A DNA stretch of 64,000 nt from Squalus acanthias (Eukaryota). The position numbers and the translations under genes are program-made. The DNA lies in NCBI GenBank assembly GCA_030390025.1, contig CM059432.1:146136001-146200000 (forward strand), read 5' to 3'. Under the pieces are notes generated by a model that ran no database searches, was not told the origin of the DNA, and saw only the letters and a list, made by a program, of their open reading frames with translations. The first letter of the stretch is position 1. Every line of letters starts with the position of its first letter. Positions 51,396 to 61,664 of the stretch are shown here, piece by piece.

Positions 51396-53467
51396 AATTT
51401 CACTTCCAATTTTCTACCAACTGTTTAATTACCTCCTCTATTTATTTTTATCCTAACCAATTTCTCTACCTCCCCCCCATTATTGTAACATTGGCAGCAT
51501 CCTCTTCATGAATTTCATGGCCTGTAAAAACAACATTTACATTTATATAGAGTAGTACTTTTAACATAGAAAACCTCCAGTGTGCTTTACTGGGAAATAG
51601 GGAAGGAAGAGAAAATGATAGATACAATGAATAAAGGAGCAGACACCAAGCCATTGTGGGAGGGTGAGAAATGACTGAAAGTTTGATAGAGTCTTCAGAA
51701 AGTTCTAAAAGATGGATAGAGAATAAACAAGCAGAAACCTTTAGAGAGGAAATTCCTAAGTACAGTTGAGGCAGCTGATGACTCCGTCATAAATGTTGGG
51801 TGAGGAGAAAAGAGGAATGCATAAAATCTAGAGTGGGAAGATTGAAGGGTTGGAGGTCAATGTTCCCTCTTATTTTTTTTTGGGTGCGCGGCCCCTTCTG
51901 CGCGAAACTTTACATTGAAAAAGCCGGTCCCAGGCTGCGCGAGACCGGCAGAGAGGAGCACGGCACTTATAGAGAACCTTGGTGGGGTGAGGCCATGGAA
52001 GGATTTGAAATTGAGGTTGAGGATATTAAATTCAGTGTTGGGGGATAAGGAGGCATTGTATGTTAGTGAGGACAGGAAAGATTTTGAATAATTTGGAGTT
52101 TCAAATGATGCACACCATGCAGAGTCTGGGCCACCTGACAGCGATAGCAACAGTATTGCCAACTCTCGCAAATCCATCGCGAGAGAACACGATTTTCTGA
52201 GTGAAATAAAGCATCACTTGCGATCTCGTGATGGAACTCCTAAATTTCGGGATTTTTCTTGGATTTGCGGCAAATGCCTGATGACGTCAAATCGCCAATT
52301 TGCGCATGCATGAAAAAATATGCTGATTTGCGTACGCCAAAAGGTCGGAGCTCTGCGAATCGTCACTGGCTGAATTCTATTTTTTTGGTACTTATTTCTT
52401 GATGAAAGGCATTTGGAAAGATCGGAATTAATCCAATTTATTTTAATAGTTCTCAACAACCAAAAGTCTGGGGAGTATATTATACACCGGTACTACATTT
52501 ATTGAAGATTCGTGGTGCAAAGTGTGAGGATGATGTATCGCACTGAGGTGTATTATACTCAAAGATTTACGGTAATATTCAGTATGTCATACAGTAGAAA
52601 AATAAACCCAAGTGTCCTTTGTATTATCTCCAGAAGGAATTCTCATTAACGAGTTGGTGGAGCTCCAAGCTCAGTCTGCTGACTTCAATCACTGCAGCTA
52701 ATATTCTGGGCCTGTTGGAGAGCTAGGCCATGGCATTAGCATTCACACTTCAATGTTAGGGAGGATATTTGCTCATAATTTTGTGTTTTCAAGGGAACTA
52801 GGAGTGACGTGATAGACTCTGGATTCAGAGCTCCCTCTATGTAAGGTCCATCGTAGCTTAGAACAGTGCACAGCTTTATTTGCTATTTTACATCTTGCTG
52901 CATCCAGCAGATTCACTGTAACCTTTACATAAAGCCTGTGGAAGGAGTGATCTAAGTGCTGAGGATTATACTAAAGGCTATGTTCTGGAAAGAGTAATGG
53001 TCAAAAGCAGAGTGAGGCCGGCCTGCGAGTGACACGACAGCGGGGCCACCGATCCACCTACTCCTGCTTCTATTTCTTATGTCAGTAATCTGTTAGTGAC
53101 ACTCAAATGCGCTTCCCGTCCAGGAGCAAAGGTCAGCAAGGGGTCGGGTCGGGAAAAAGTAGGAACTCACAATTTCTATGCCAAATCTCATGATTTTTAA
53201 GAGTTTGCCTCTTGATTTATGAGATGGTGGGGTTGGCATTACAGTAGCAACAAATCCTCTGCCCTCCTCCGAGCCATTCAGACGTGAAGGTAGGTGGGTA
53301 CATAGCGCCAAGGTCTCACAAGGTCCAATTAACCATTCGCCAATTACTTGATCTTTACACTTCCCTAAATCACTACACATCAGGCCTGTGCGGTTTCTCC
53401 CCAGCCTGCCGCTCGACCGATATCTTTCTTTCCCATTTCAGGACGTGTATAACTGACGTTTGTCAGT

Positions 53468-53935
53468 GTCGGCTGTGGCTCAGTGGGTAGCACTCTTGCA
53501 TCTGAGTCAGAAGGTTATGGGTTCATAGTCCCACTCCAGAGACTTGAGCACACAAATCTAGGCCGACACTCCAGTGCAGCGCTGAGGGAGTGTGACACTG
53601 TCGGAGGTGCCGTCTTTCGTATGAGATGTTAAACCGAGGCCCCGTCTGCCACCTCGGTTAATGTAAAAGATCCCATGGCACTATTTTGAGCAAGAGCAGG
53701 AGAGTTATCCCTGGTGTCCTGGCTAATATTTATCCCTCAATCAACATAACAAAAAACAGATTATCTGGTCATCATCACATTGCTGTTTCTGGAATCTTGC
53801 TGTGCGCAAATTGGCTACCGTGTTTCCTACATTACAACAGTGACTACACTTCAAAAAAGTACTTCATTGGCTGTAAAGCGCTTTGAGACGTCCAGTGGTC
53901 CTGAAAGGCGCTATATAAATGCAAGTCTTTCTTTC
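53468..53935 (+). mobile_element. Full-length DeuSINE (SacSINE1/AmnSINE-like) tRNA-derived SINE
   Basis: tRNA head TGGCTCAGTGGG...GGTTCATAGTCCC. Conserved body and tail GCTGTGCGCAAATTGGCT...AAAGCGCTTTG...AGGCGCTATATAAATGCAAGTCTTTCTTTC. Confidence 0.8.
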
Positions 53936-54076
53936 ATTGCTATCAACTCACCATTCCTCAACAACAACACTTACACGACAAAAGGTCCTGCCCACCACCT
54001 TCTGTTGCTCAACACGGCTACGAGCGCCATGAATGTGTGATTTTATGAGTATTGCCGGGGAAGCAGATCGATGAGA

Positions 54077-54660
54077 GCAAAAGCAAAATACTGCGGATGC
54101 TGGAAATCTGAAGTAAAAAACAGAAAATGCTGGAGATACTCAGCAGGTCAGGCAGCATCTGTGGAGAGAGAGAAACAGAGTTAACGTTTCAGGTCGATGA
54201 CCCTTCGTCAGAACTGGAAAAAGTTGGAGATGGAACAGGTTTTTAAGCAAGTGTACGGGCAGGGAAAGGGGGGCGGGGAGGAAAGAACAAAAGGGAAGGT
54301 CTGTGATAGGCTGGAAGGCGGGAGAGATTAAGAGACAAAAGGGATGATGGTGCAAGGCAAAAGGAGATGGTAATGGGACAAGTTAAGAAACAAAAGATGA
54401 CTCTAGATGACGTGTAAACGAGGGGCCGAAAGGCCTACTCCTGCTCCTATCTTCTATGCTTCTATAGGGACAGGGTACTGAATTTGGATGATCAGCCATG
54501 ATCTCATTAAATGGCGGAGCAGGCTCGAGGGGCCGAATGGCCTACTCCTGCTCCTATCTTCTGAATGGCGATGGATGAATGATCGACAGCTGTCATGTGA
54601 GAGAGAAAAAAAATGAAAAAAGAGATGGGGCAGAGGTTATGGTCTGAAATTGTTGAACTT
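54077..54660 (-). mobile_element. Penelope-like terminal fragment interrupted by two short CR1 3'-end pieces (about 54420-54562)
   Basis: Near-identical to 28515-28970. Confidence 0.65.
54179..54215 (-). ncRNA. Minimal hammerhead ribozyme motif
   Basis: Core identical to 28613-28649. Confidence 0.62.
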
Positions 54661-54699
54661 AGATCAATGAGAGCTCCTGGCAACCCAGTTTGGGCCTCT

Positions 54700-54936
54700 G
54701 ACAGGGACGGCAACCAATCAGCAGCCGCCCCCCGGGTTATCACTGATTGGCTGCGCTACAGGTCTGATGTCATCAACACGCAATGCCTGCGCGCGCACAT
54801 CGACTGAATTCTGATTGGGCGACGCACTTACATTGTGCGCAGGCGCGGGGCGCTCGCTCGCGATTGGTCGCTACCTGATCACCTTCTCCGTGATTGGTTG
54901 ATGCGAAAACTCGCTCCGTTCTGTGTCAAGATGGCG
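54700..54936 (+). promoter_or_regulatory. LSM5: LSM5 CpG-rich, TATA-less promoter
   Basis: Five CCAAT/ATTGG boxes (54714, 54746, 54814, 54863, 54893). NRF1-like TGCGCGCGCA (54788) and TGCGCAGGCGC (54836). YY1-like CAAGATGGCG over the start codon. Confidence 0.75.
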
Positions 54937-54973
54937 CTGAACTCGACCAACCCGTCGCAGCTGCTGCCGCTCG
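54931..54973 (+). CDS. LSM5: LSM5 exon 1: MALNSTNPSQLLPL(E)
   Basis: TNPSQLLPLE is the conserved LSm5 N-terminus; donor G|gtaaga. Confidence 0.95.
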
Positions 54974-55156
54974 GTAAGAACTGGCGAGCCAGAGCCAGCA
55001 GGGCCGGTCCACATCAAGCCAACCCCGGCAGTGCTGGAATTGCTGCATCGCTTGCTGGTTACAGGGAGAGAGAGAGAGATCGCGGAGGATGAGGGACCGG
55101 GGAGGATCAGGCAGTGGAGGAGGGGGAGCTGACTGAGGGAAGGAGGAGGACATTAG

Positions 55157-55390
55157 AGGGAAGGAAGGGAGAGGGATGGGGTGAGGGAAGGAAGGGAGAG
55201 GGATGGGGTGAGGGAAGGAAGGGAGAGGGATGGGGTGAGGGAAGGAAGGGAGAGGGATGGGGTGAGGGAAGGAAGGGAGAGGGATGGGGTGAGGGAAGGA
55301 AGGGAGAGGGATGGGGTGAGGGAAGGAAGGGAGAGGGATGGGGTGAGGGAAGGAAGGGAGAGGGATGGGGTGAGGGAAGGAAGGGAGTGG
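55157..55390. repeat. 27-bp purine-rich minisatellite (GAGGGAAGGAAGGGAGAGGGATGGGGT, about 8.5 copies) within a GA-rich tract extending to about 55700
   Basis: Direct tandem periodicity in LSM5 intron 1. Confidence 0.95.
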
Positions 55391-55887
55391 GAAGGGGAGG
55401 TGAAGGAGGGAGGGTGAGGGAAGCGGGATGGGGAGTGAGGAAGGGGAGGGAGTGAGATGGGAGAGGGATGGGGGAAGGAATGGGAGAGGGATAAGGAGGT
55501 GAGGTGAAGGGATGGGGAGGCGTAGATGATGAGCGTTGAGGGAGCAGCGGAAAGTGAAGGGAGGAAGATGGGAGGGTGAGGGGAGGTGAAGGAAGGAGGT
55601 GGGGGGTGAAGGAAGGTGAATAGAAGGGTGAGGGGAGGAGGTGGCGGATGCAAGGGGAGGGTGAAGGAGCTGACAGGAAGAGCGGTGAGATGGGAGGGTG
55701 AATTTTGTGGGATGGGACTCCTTGGTACCATAAATTGCCCATTTGAATGGAAATGTGATGAGACTCCGGGCCACCTTAATAAGCGAGCACAGAGTTTGCG
55801 CTCTATGTGGCTTACATGCAGTCATTTAAATGTTATACTTTAGTCCCTCTTGTTTGACTTTTGCAGACTTTTTTTCTTCTATTCCAG

Positions 55888-55983
55888 AGCTGGTGGACAA
55901 ATGCATTGGCTCACGTATTCATATTGTCATGAAAAATGACAAAGAGATTGTAGGAACACTGCTAGGTTTTGATGATTTTGTCA
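55888..55983 (+). CDS. LSM5: LSM5 exon 2: [31 protein letters not shown](N)
   Basis: Sm1 motif; acceptor ttccag; donor A|GTATCCTTTT (U12 consensus). Confidence 0.97.
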
Positions 55984-56824
55984 GTATCCTTTTAAGTGGG
56001 ACTTTTTACGTCAAGTTGTCCTGATTGGGGGAGTTATTTGGGATTTGCAAATGTATTCACACTTGGTCCTTCAACTGACTAGTTCCAGCCAGCTGGTTGC
56101 TCCTAGAATGATACTGGGGGGTTTTGTTGCCTTTATGAATTATCAGTGTTTATCATTTTACTAAGATGCATACCAATTGTATTGATTCAGTTTCCATTCT
56201 TTACAGCTATGAAATTGTTTAAACTAGGGTGGCAATGCTGGCAGAACTACAGGTTAATACTATCTGAAATGCAGTTTGTTCACATCTAAATATTAGACAG
56301 CACAGAATGCGAAACAGTCTGTTATGGACTCAACCCGGCCTCTGTCTATCTCTTTAGAATCTGCAGAGATTCTCCCTGCCCGCTTCCAAAATAAGTAAAT
56401 CCCTGGGATACCTATCTAGCAGTTGTTTGTCTTGATGCAGCTCAGGTACATTTGTACATCTTAAAACTCTCAACCAGACATTTGACTTATTTTTAAAAGG
56501 TATAATTATTGAACGCATAATTAGTGGTTTTATCTGGATGCTAATTAATCCAATGTTGCTCCATTATTTTAGACGGGTAGGAGAGATAAATTAGACAATT
56601 ATAGGTCTATTAATCTAATGTCAATTGTGGGGCAGTTACTAAAATCTGTTTTTCGGGACAGAGTCATTTAGCAATTGGAAAAAATTTGAGCTGATCAGAG
56701 TGCCAGCAGGCATTTGTGAAGGGTAAGTAATGTCTAATGAACCTAGTTGAATTTTTTGAGGAAGTAACAAACATGGTAGATAGGGAGTGTCTATGCATGT
56801 TATTTATATGGACTTCCAGAAGGC

Positions 56825-57283
56825 ATAGAAATATAGAAGATAGGAGCAGGAGTAGGCCATTCGGCCCCTCGAGCCTGCTCCACCATTTAATGAGATCATG
56901 GCTGATCATCTAAATTCAGTACCCTGTCCCTGCTTTCTCCCCATATCCCTTGATCCCTTTAGCCTTAAGAAATATATCTAACTCCTTCTTGAATATATTT
57001 AATGCATTGGCCTTAACTGCCTTCTGTGGTAGAGAATTCCACAGGTTCACCACCCTCTGGGTGAAGAAATTCCTCCTCATCTCAGTCCTGAATGGCTTAC
57101 CCCTATCCTTAGACTGTGACCCCTGGTTCTGGACTCCCGCCATTGGGAACAGCCTTCCTGCATCTAGTCTGTCTAGTCCTGTTAGAATTTTATAAGTTTC
57201 AATGAGATCCCCTCTCATTCTTCTAAACTCTAGCGAATACAAGCCTAATCGTCCCAATCTCTCATCATACGTCATTCCTGCCA
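56825..57283 (-). mobile_element. 5'-truncated young CR1 3' end inserted in an older + strand CR1 fragment (about 56540-57940)
   Basis: ERLGRLGLYSLEFRRMRGDLIETYKIL. Near-identical to 17350-17820. Confidence 0.88.
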
Positions 57284-57588
57284 TTAGTGGTTTTATCTGG
57301 ATGCTAATTAATCCAATGTTGCTCCATTATTTTAGATGGTTAGGAGAGATAAATTAGGAAATTATAGGTCTGTTAATCTAATGTCAATTGTGGGGCAGTT
57401 ACTAAAATCTGTTTTTTGGGACAGAGTAATTTAGCAATTGGAAAAAATATGAGCTGATCAGCATTCGACAAGGTTCCACAGAAGACACTTAATAAAAATG
57501 AGAGTGCATGAAATTGGAGGCAACCTATTAGCTTGGATAGAGAATTGGTTAGGACATAGGAGACCGAGAGTAGGGATATTGGGTATCT

Positions 57589-57889
57589 TGAAAAAGTGCA
57601 ACATCCCCACCGACACCTGGGAATCCCTGGCCCAAGACCGCACAAAGTGGAGGAGAAGCATCCGGGAAGGCGCCGAACACCTCGAGTCTCTTCGTCCGGA
57701 GCAAGCAGAAGCCAAGCACAGGCAGCGCATGTCAACTCAAACACCCCACCCACCCGCCCCTTCAACCACCGTCTGCCCCACCTGTGACAGAGACTGTAGG
57801 TCCCGCATTGGACTCATCAGCCACCTGAGAACTAGTTTTTAATGTGGAAGCAAGTCATCCTCGGTTCCGAGGGACTGCCTAAGAAGAAG
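57589..57889 (+). mobile_element. 5'-truncated RTE-clade LINE
   Basis: WESLAQDRTKWRR...VCPTCDRDCRSRIGLISHLR C-terminal zinc finger; (AAG)n tail; 11-bp TSD ATTGGGTATCT (57578-88, 57890-900). Confidence 0.85.
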
Positions 57890-58355
57890 ATTGGGTATCT
57901 ACTGAAATTGGCAGGATGCGATTAGTGGTGTTCCCCATCCAGATGCATAGACTTTTTTTTAAATGAGTTAAAAAACAGAAGTGAACATAAGAAAACACAT
58001 ATAGCAGAGACTCAAAACTTCACTTAGTTGTGTTGTTGGGTGCACCCATCCAGATGAATAGTGAGCATTCCATTCACACTCCTGAGTTCAGCTTTATGTA
58101 TGTCGAGGCTTTGAGGGATCAGGACAGATGTGCCACTCATTGCAGAGTACCCGGCCTTTGCTTTGCTCTTGTCGCCTTGGTGTTAAGCCATTCTTAACAT
58201 TTCAGTGGCTTTCTGGAAAGGGTTGTTTCATCATCACAGCATATGATCTGAAAACTATTGGTACCCTGAATTCCCAGGATCTGCTGGCAATCTAAGGGTT
58301 AATAAACTGACTTCTATTTACTGCGGAATGTGCATTTCTTAACTCTAATCCTTGG

Positions 58356-58383
58356 ACATGGTGCTTGAAGATGTCACAGAATT
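58356..58383 (+). CDS. LSM5: LSM5 exon 3 (28 nt): (N)MVLEDVTE(F)
   Basis: AC ATG GTG CTT GAA GAT GTC ACA GAA TT|gtaagt; conserved NMVLEDVTEF. Confidence 0.95.
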
Positions 58384-58784
58384 GTAAGTATTTTTTTAAT
58401 ACCCTCTTGTGTTGGGGTTTTAGTAGCTGATATGTAAGGCTAGCTAACAGTCTTTAGCTCCTAGTGGATATTAAAACAGGCAACTTGTAAACTAATTCAA
58501 AGTTCAGTCAGAAAATCTGAATAGAAATATTTCTGGGTTGTTACTAATTTCCTAATAGAATCTGAACAAAAGACTGACCAATGTCTGAATGTTTGCCCTT
58601 AATTATCCACTGACTGCAGAATCTCAATTCTATTAATTTATTTTTAATCTTTTGAACGTGTTCTTCCCTGGATAGTCTGTAATCCGAGATTTCAGGAAAT
58701 CAGTCCGACAACAGAACTTTAGTCGCTGAGCTAGTTTTTTGATTTCAGTTCTTTTTACCTTTTTCAGTAAATTGTTCAAACATT

Positions 58785-60822
58785 AGAGTCATAGTCATAC
58801 GGCGCAGAAGGAGGCCATTCGGCCCAGTGAGTCTGTGCCGGCTCTCTGTAGAGCAATCCAGTCAGTCCCATTCCCCCCGTTCTATCCCCGTAGCCCTGCA
58901 AGTTTATTTCCCTCAAGTGCCTATCCAGTCTCCCCTTGACAACATTGTGTGTCTCCGCTTCCACCAGTTCCGTCGGCAGCGAATTCCAGGTCCTCACCAC
59001 TCGCTGCATAAAAAAGTTTTTCCTCACATCCCCCCTGTATCTCTTGCCCAAAACCTTAAATCTATGTCCCCTAGTCCTTGTACCATCAGCTAGTGGGAAC
59101 AGCCTTTCCCCGTCTAGCCTACCCAAACCCGTCATAATCTTGTACACCTCTATCAAATCACCCCTCAACCTCCTTTGCTCTAATGAAAACAAATCCAGTT
59201 TCTCCAACTTGTCCTTGTAGCTAAGATCTCCCATCCCCGGAACCATTCTGGTAAATCTCCTCTGCACCCTCTCAAGGGCCTTCACAACCTTCCTAAAATG
59301 TGGTGACCAGAACTGGACGCAATACACCAGCCGTGGCCCAACCAGCGCCCCACAAAGGTTCAGCACAACCTCCCTACTCCTGCACCCAACACCTCCACCC
59401 ACGAAGCCCAAGATCCCACACGCCCTGCCAACCACTGTCCCAACATGTCCTGCCACCTTCAGGGACCCACGCACACTAACCCCCAGGTCCCTCTGTCCCT
59501 GCACACTCCCCAAAACTGTGCCATTAAGTGTATATTGCCTCTCCCCGCTCCCCCTGCCAAAATGCATCACCCCACACCCCTCTGCACCAAATTCCATCTG
59601 CCACCCGTCCGCCCACTCCGCCAGCCCCGCCATGTCCCGCCGCAGTCAACTGGCACCATCCTTACTGTTTGCCACACCCCCAAGTTTGGCACCACCGGCA
59701 AATTTAGAAATTCTACTCTGTATTCTAACATCCAGGTCATTTATTTATATATATCAAAAAAAGCGGTGGCCCCCAGCACTGACCCTTGGGGAACACCACT
59801 GTCTACCATCCTCCAGTCTGAAAAACAGCCCTTTACCACGACTCACTGCCCTCTGTTCTCAAGCCAATTCCTTATCCAAGCTGCCATTGACCCACCGATT
59901 CCATGAGCCTCAATTTTGTTAACCAGCCTTCCATGTGGTACTTTGTCAAGCGCCTTCCGAAAATCCATGTAGACACCATCCATTGCATTCCCTTCATCAA
60001 TCCTCTGTCACTTCATCAAAAAATTCAATCAGACTAGTCAAACACGATCCGCCTCCCACAAATCCCTGCTGACTCTCCCCAATCAACCCAAACCTATCCA
60101 AGTGGTCTCTAATTTTTTGCTTGATTATTGTTTCTAAAACTTTACCCACCACTGATGTTAAACTGACCGGCCTGTAGTTACCAGGATTGTCCCTACACCC
60201 TCTCTTGAACAATGGTGTCACATCTGCCATTTTTCAATCCTCAGGCACCTCCCCCGCATCTCGGGAAGGTTGGAAAATTATGGCAAGCCCTTCCGCTATC
60301 TCCTCCCCCAATTCCCTTAGCAACCTGGGATGCAAGTCATCTGGACCAGGTGACTTGTCCACTCTAAGCATACCCAGCCTTTCTAGTACATCCTGTCTAT
60401 CAATTTTCACCCCTTCCATTGCTTCTACCTTTTCCACTTCTACCGATATTGTGTCAGCATCCACCTCCTTAGTAAACACCGATACAAAGTACTCATTGAG
60501 TATTCTAGCCTTGCCCTGCGCCTCTAAGCATATATGGCCTTCTTTGTCTCTAATAGGCCTCACCCCACCTCTTACTACCCGCTTACTGTTAACATGCCGG
60601 TGTAAGATTTTTGGGTTCCCTTTTATGTTAACTGCCATTCTACTCTCATGTTCTCTCTTTGCCAATCTTATTTTCATCTTCACTTCCCCTCTAACTTATT
60701 GTATTTGGTCTGGTTCTCCCTTGAAGAATTCACCTGACAAGCATTATACACCCTTTTTTTGTTTCATCATCTTCTCTATCTCCCTAGTCATCCAAGGAGC
60801 CCTTGCTTTGATTCCCTTACCC
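58785..60822 (-). mobile_element. 5'-truncated CR1-type LINE (about 2 kb) with clustered A-to-G hypermutation
   Basis: NYRPVSLTSVVGK, DKSPGPDDLHPRLL, YCVQFWSPHFRK. Many K/E/N/R/D to G, Y to C and I to V changes relative to sister copies. Confidence 0.92.
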
Positions 60823-61235
60823 TAATAAATATATTAATTTAAAATTACACAGCAGCCACTGAATATATGTTTTGGCAATGGCCTCAGAGGCTTCTCATTT
60901 TAAATGAGTTTTAAAAGTTGTATTATTCTGCGGCTCCCCATCTCCCTCATGTGGAATAATGCTTGTTCTGTGTGTCAGAATTAAATGATACCTGTACTGA
61001 CACAAACAGACCATCAATAATTCCTCAGATATATTCAACTCTAATAGAGGCTGATATCCTTACACTCCAAGGTTTGTGCTTTATTTACAGTACTATATTC
61101 AGGGTGGTTTGGGGTGAATTCTGTTGGGGTTTCTGCTTTAGTATGGTACTATATTCTTACACCAGTGTAGAGTATTCTGGGTCGTAGCTGTTAACTTGTT
61201 TAGTTACAGTGCATCTCACTCTCGCTTCTCTACAG

Positions 61236-61308
61236 TGAGATCACACCAGAAGGCCGAAGAATCACAAAACTGGACCAAATCTTATTGAATGGAAACAACA
61301 TAACAATG
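61236..61308 (+). CDS. LSM5: LSM5 exon 4: EITPEGRRITKLDQILLNGNNITM
   Basis: ctacag|T...ATG|gtaagt; Sm2 motif ILLNGNNI. Confidence 0.97.
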
Positions 61309-61664
61309 GTAAGTAGTGGAATCCTGAATAAATGGCAGTATACAGTAGCAGTGCAAGATACTTTGGTCTGGATTTTGTGAGCTCTTTTTGTTGATTTTTG
61401 GCCAGCAGCATGCAGGAATTGCAACAGAGAGCTGTTCTTTCAACTCCCTAGCTTGTGCTGCTGCCATTGCTGGGATTAAGTTTTTACTGTTTAATGTGTA
61501 AAATATGGAGCAGTCAGATTGAAGTTACAATTTGGTAAATTTTTAGGGATCATTTTGCTTTTGGTTGAGTATATGCTTACATTAATAAATTAAAACCACT
61601 AGTAGATTTTCATCTGAATAAATTTGGTGTGTTTAGATCACTCATATTATCTAAAGACAGAGTT

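Larger units (their letters stand above)
55984..58355 (+). other. LSM5: U12-type (minor spliceosome) intron with GT-GG termini
   Basis: 5' site GTATCCTTT; branch site TTTCTTAAC at 58335-43, 12 nt before the exon-3 boundary required by protein conservation; the intron ends CTTGG. Confidence 0.85.

Noticed and set aside
52150..52575. Possible hAT-like and Tc1/mariner-like ends (CAGTATTGCCAACTCTCGC; ...GATTTACGGTA)
   Set aside because: Matching second TIRs and TSDs were not found, so boundaries and family cannot be supported.
53468..53545. tRNA gene
   Set aside because: The A/B boxes belong to the tRNA-derived head of a DeuSINE and continue into SINE body and tail.
54926..55825. 299-aa Pro/Ser-rich minus-strand ORF and overlapping ORFs
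   Set aside because: Translation of the polypyrimidine strand of the 27-bp repeat in LSM5 intron 1.
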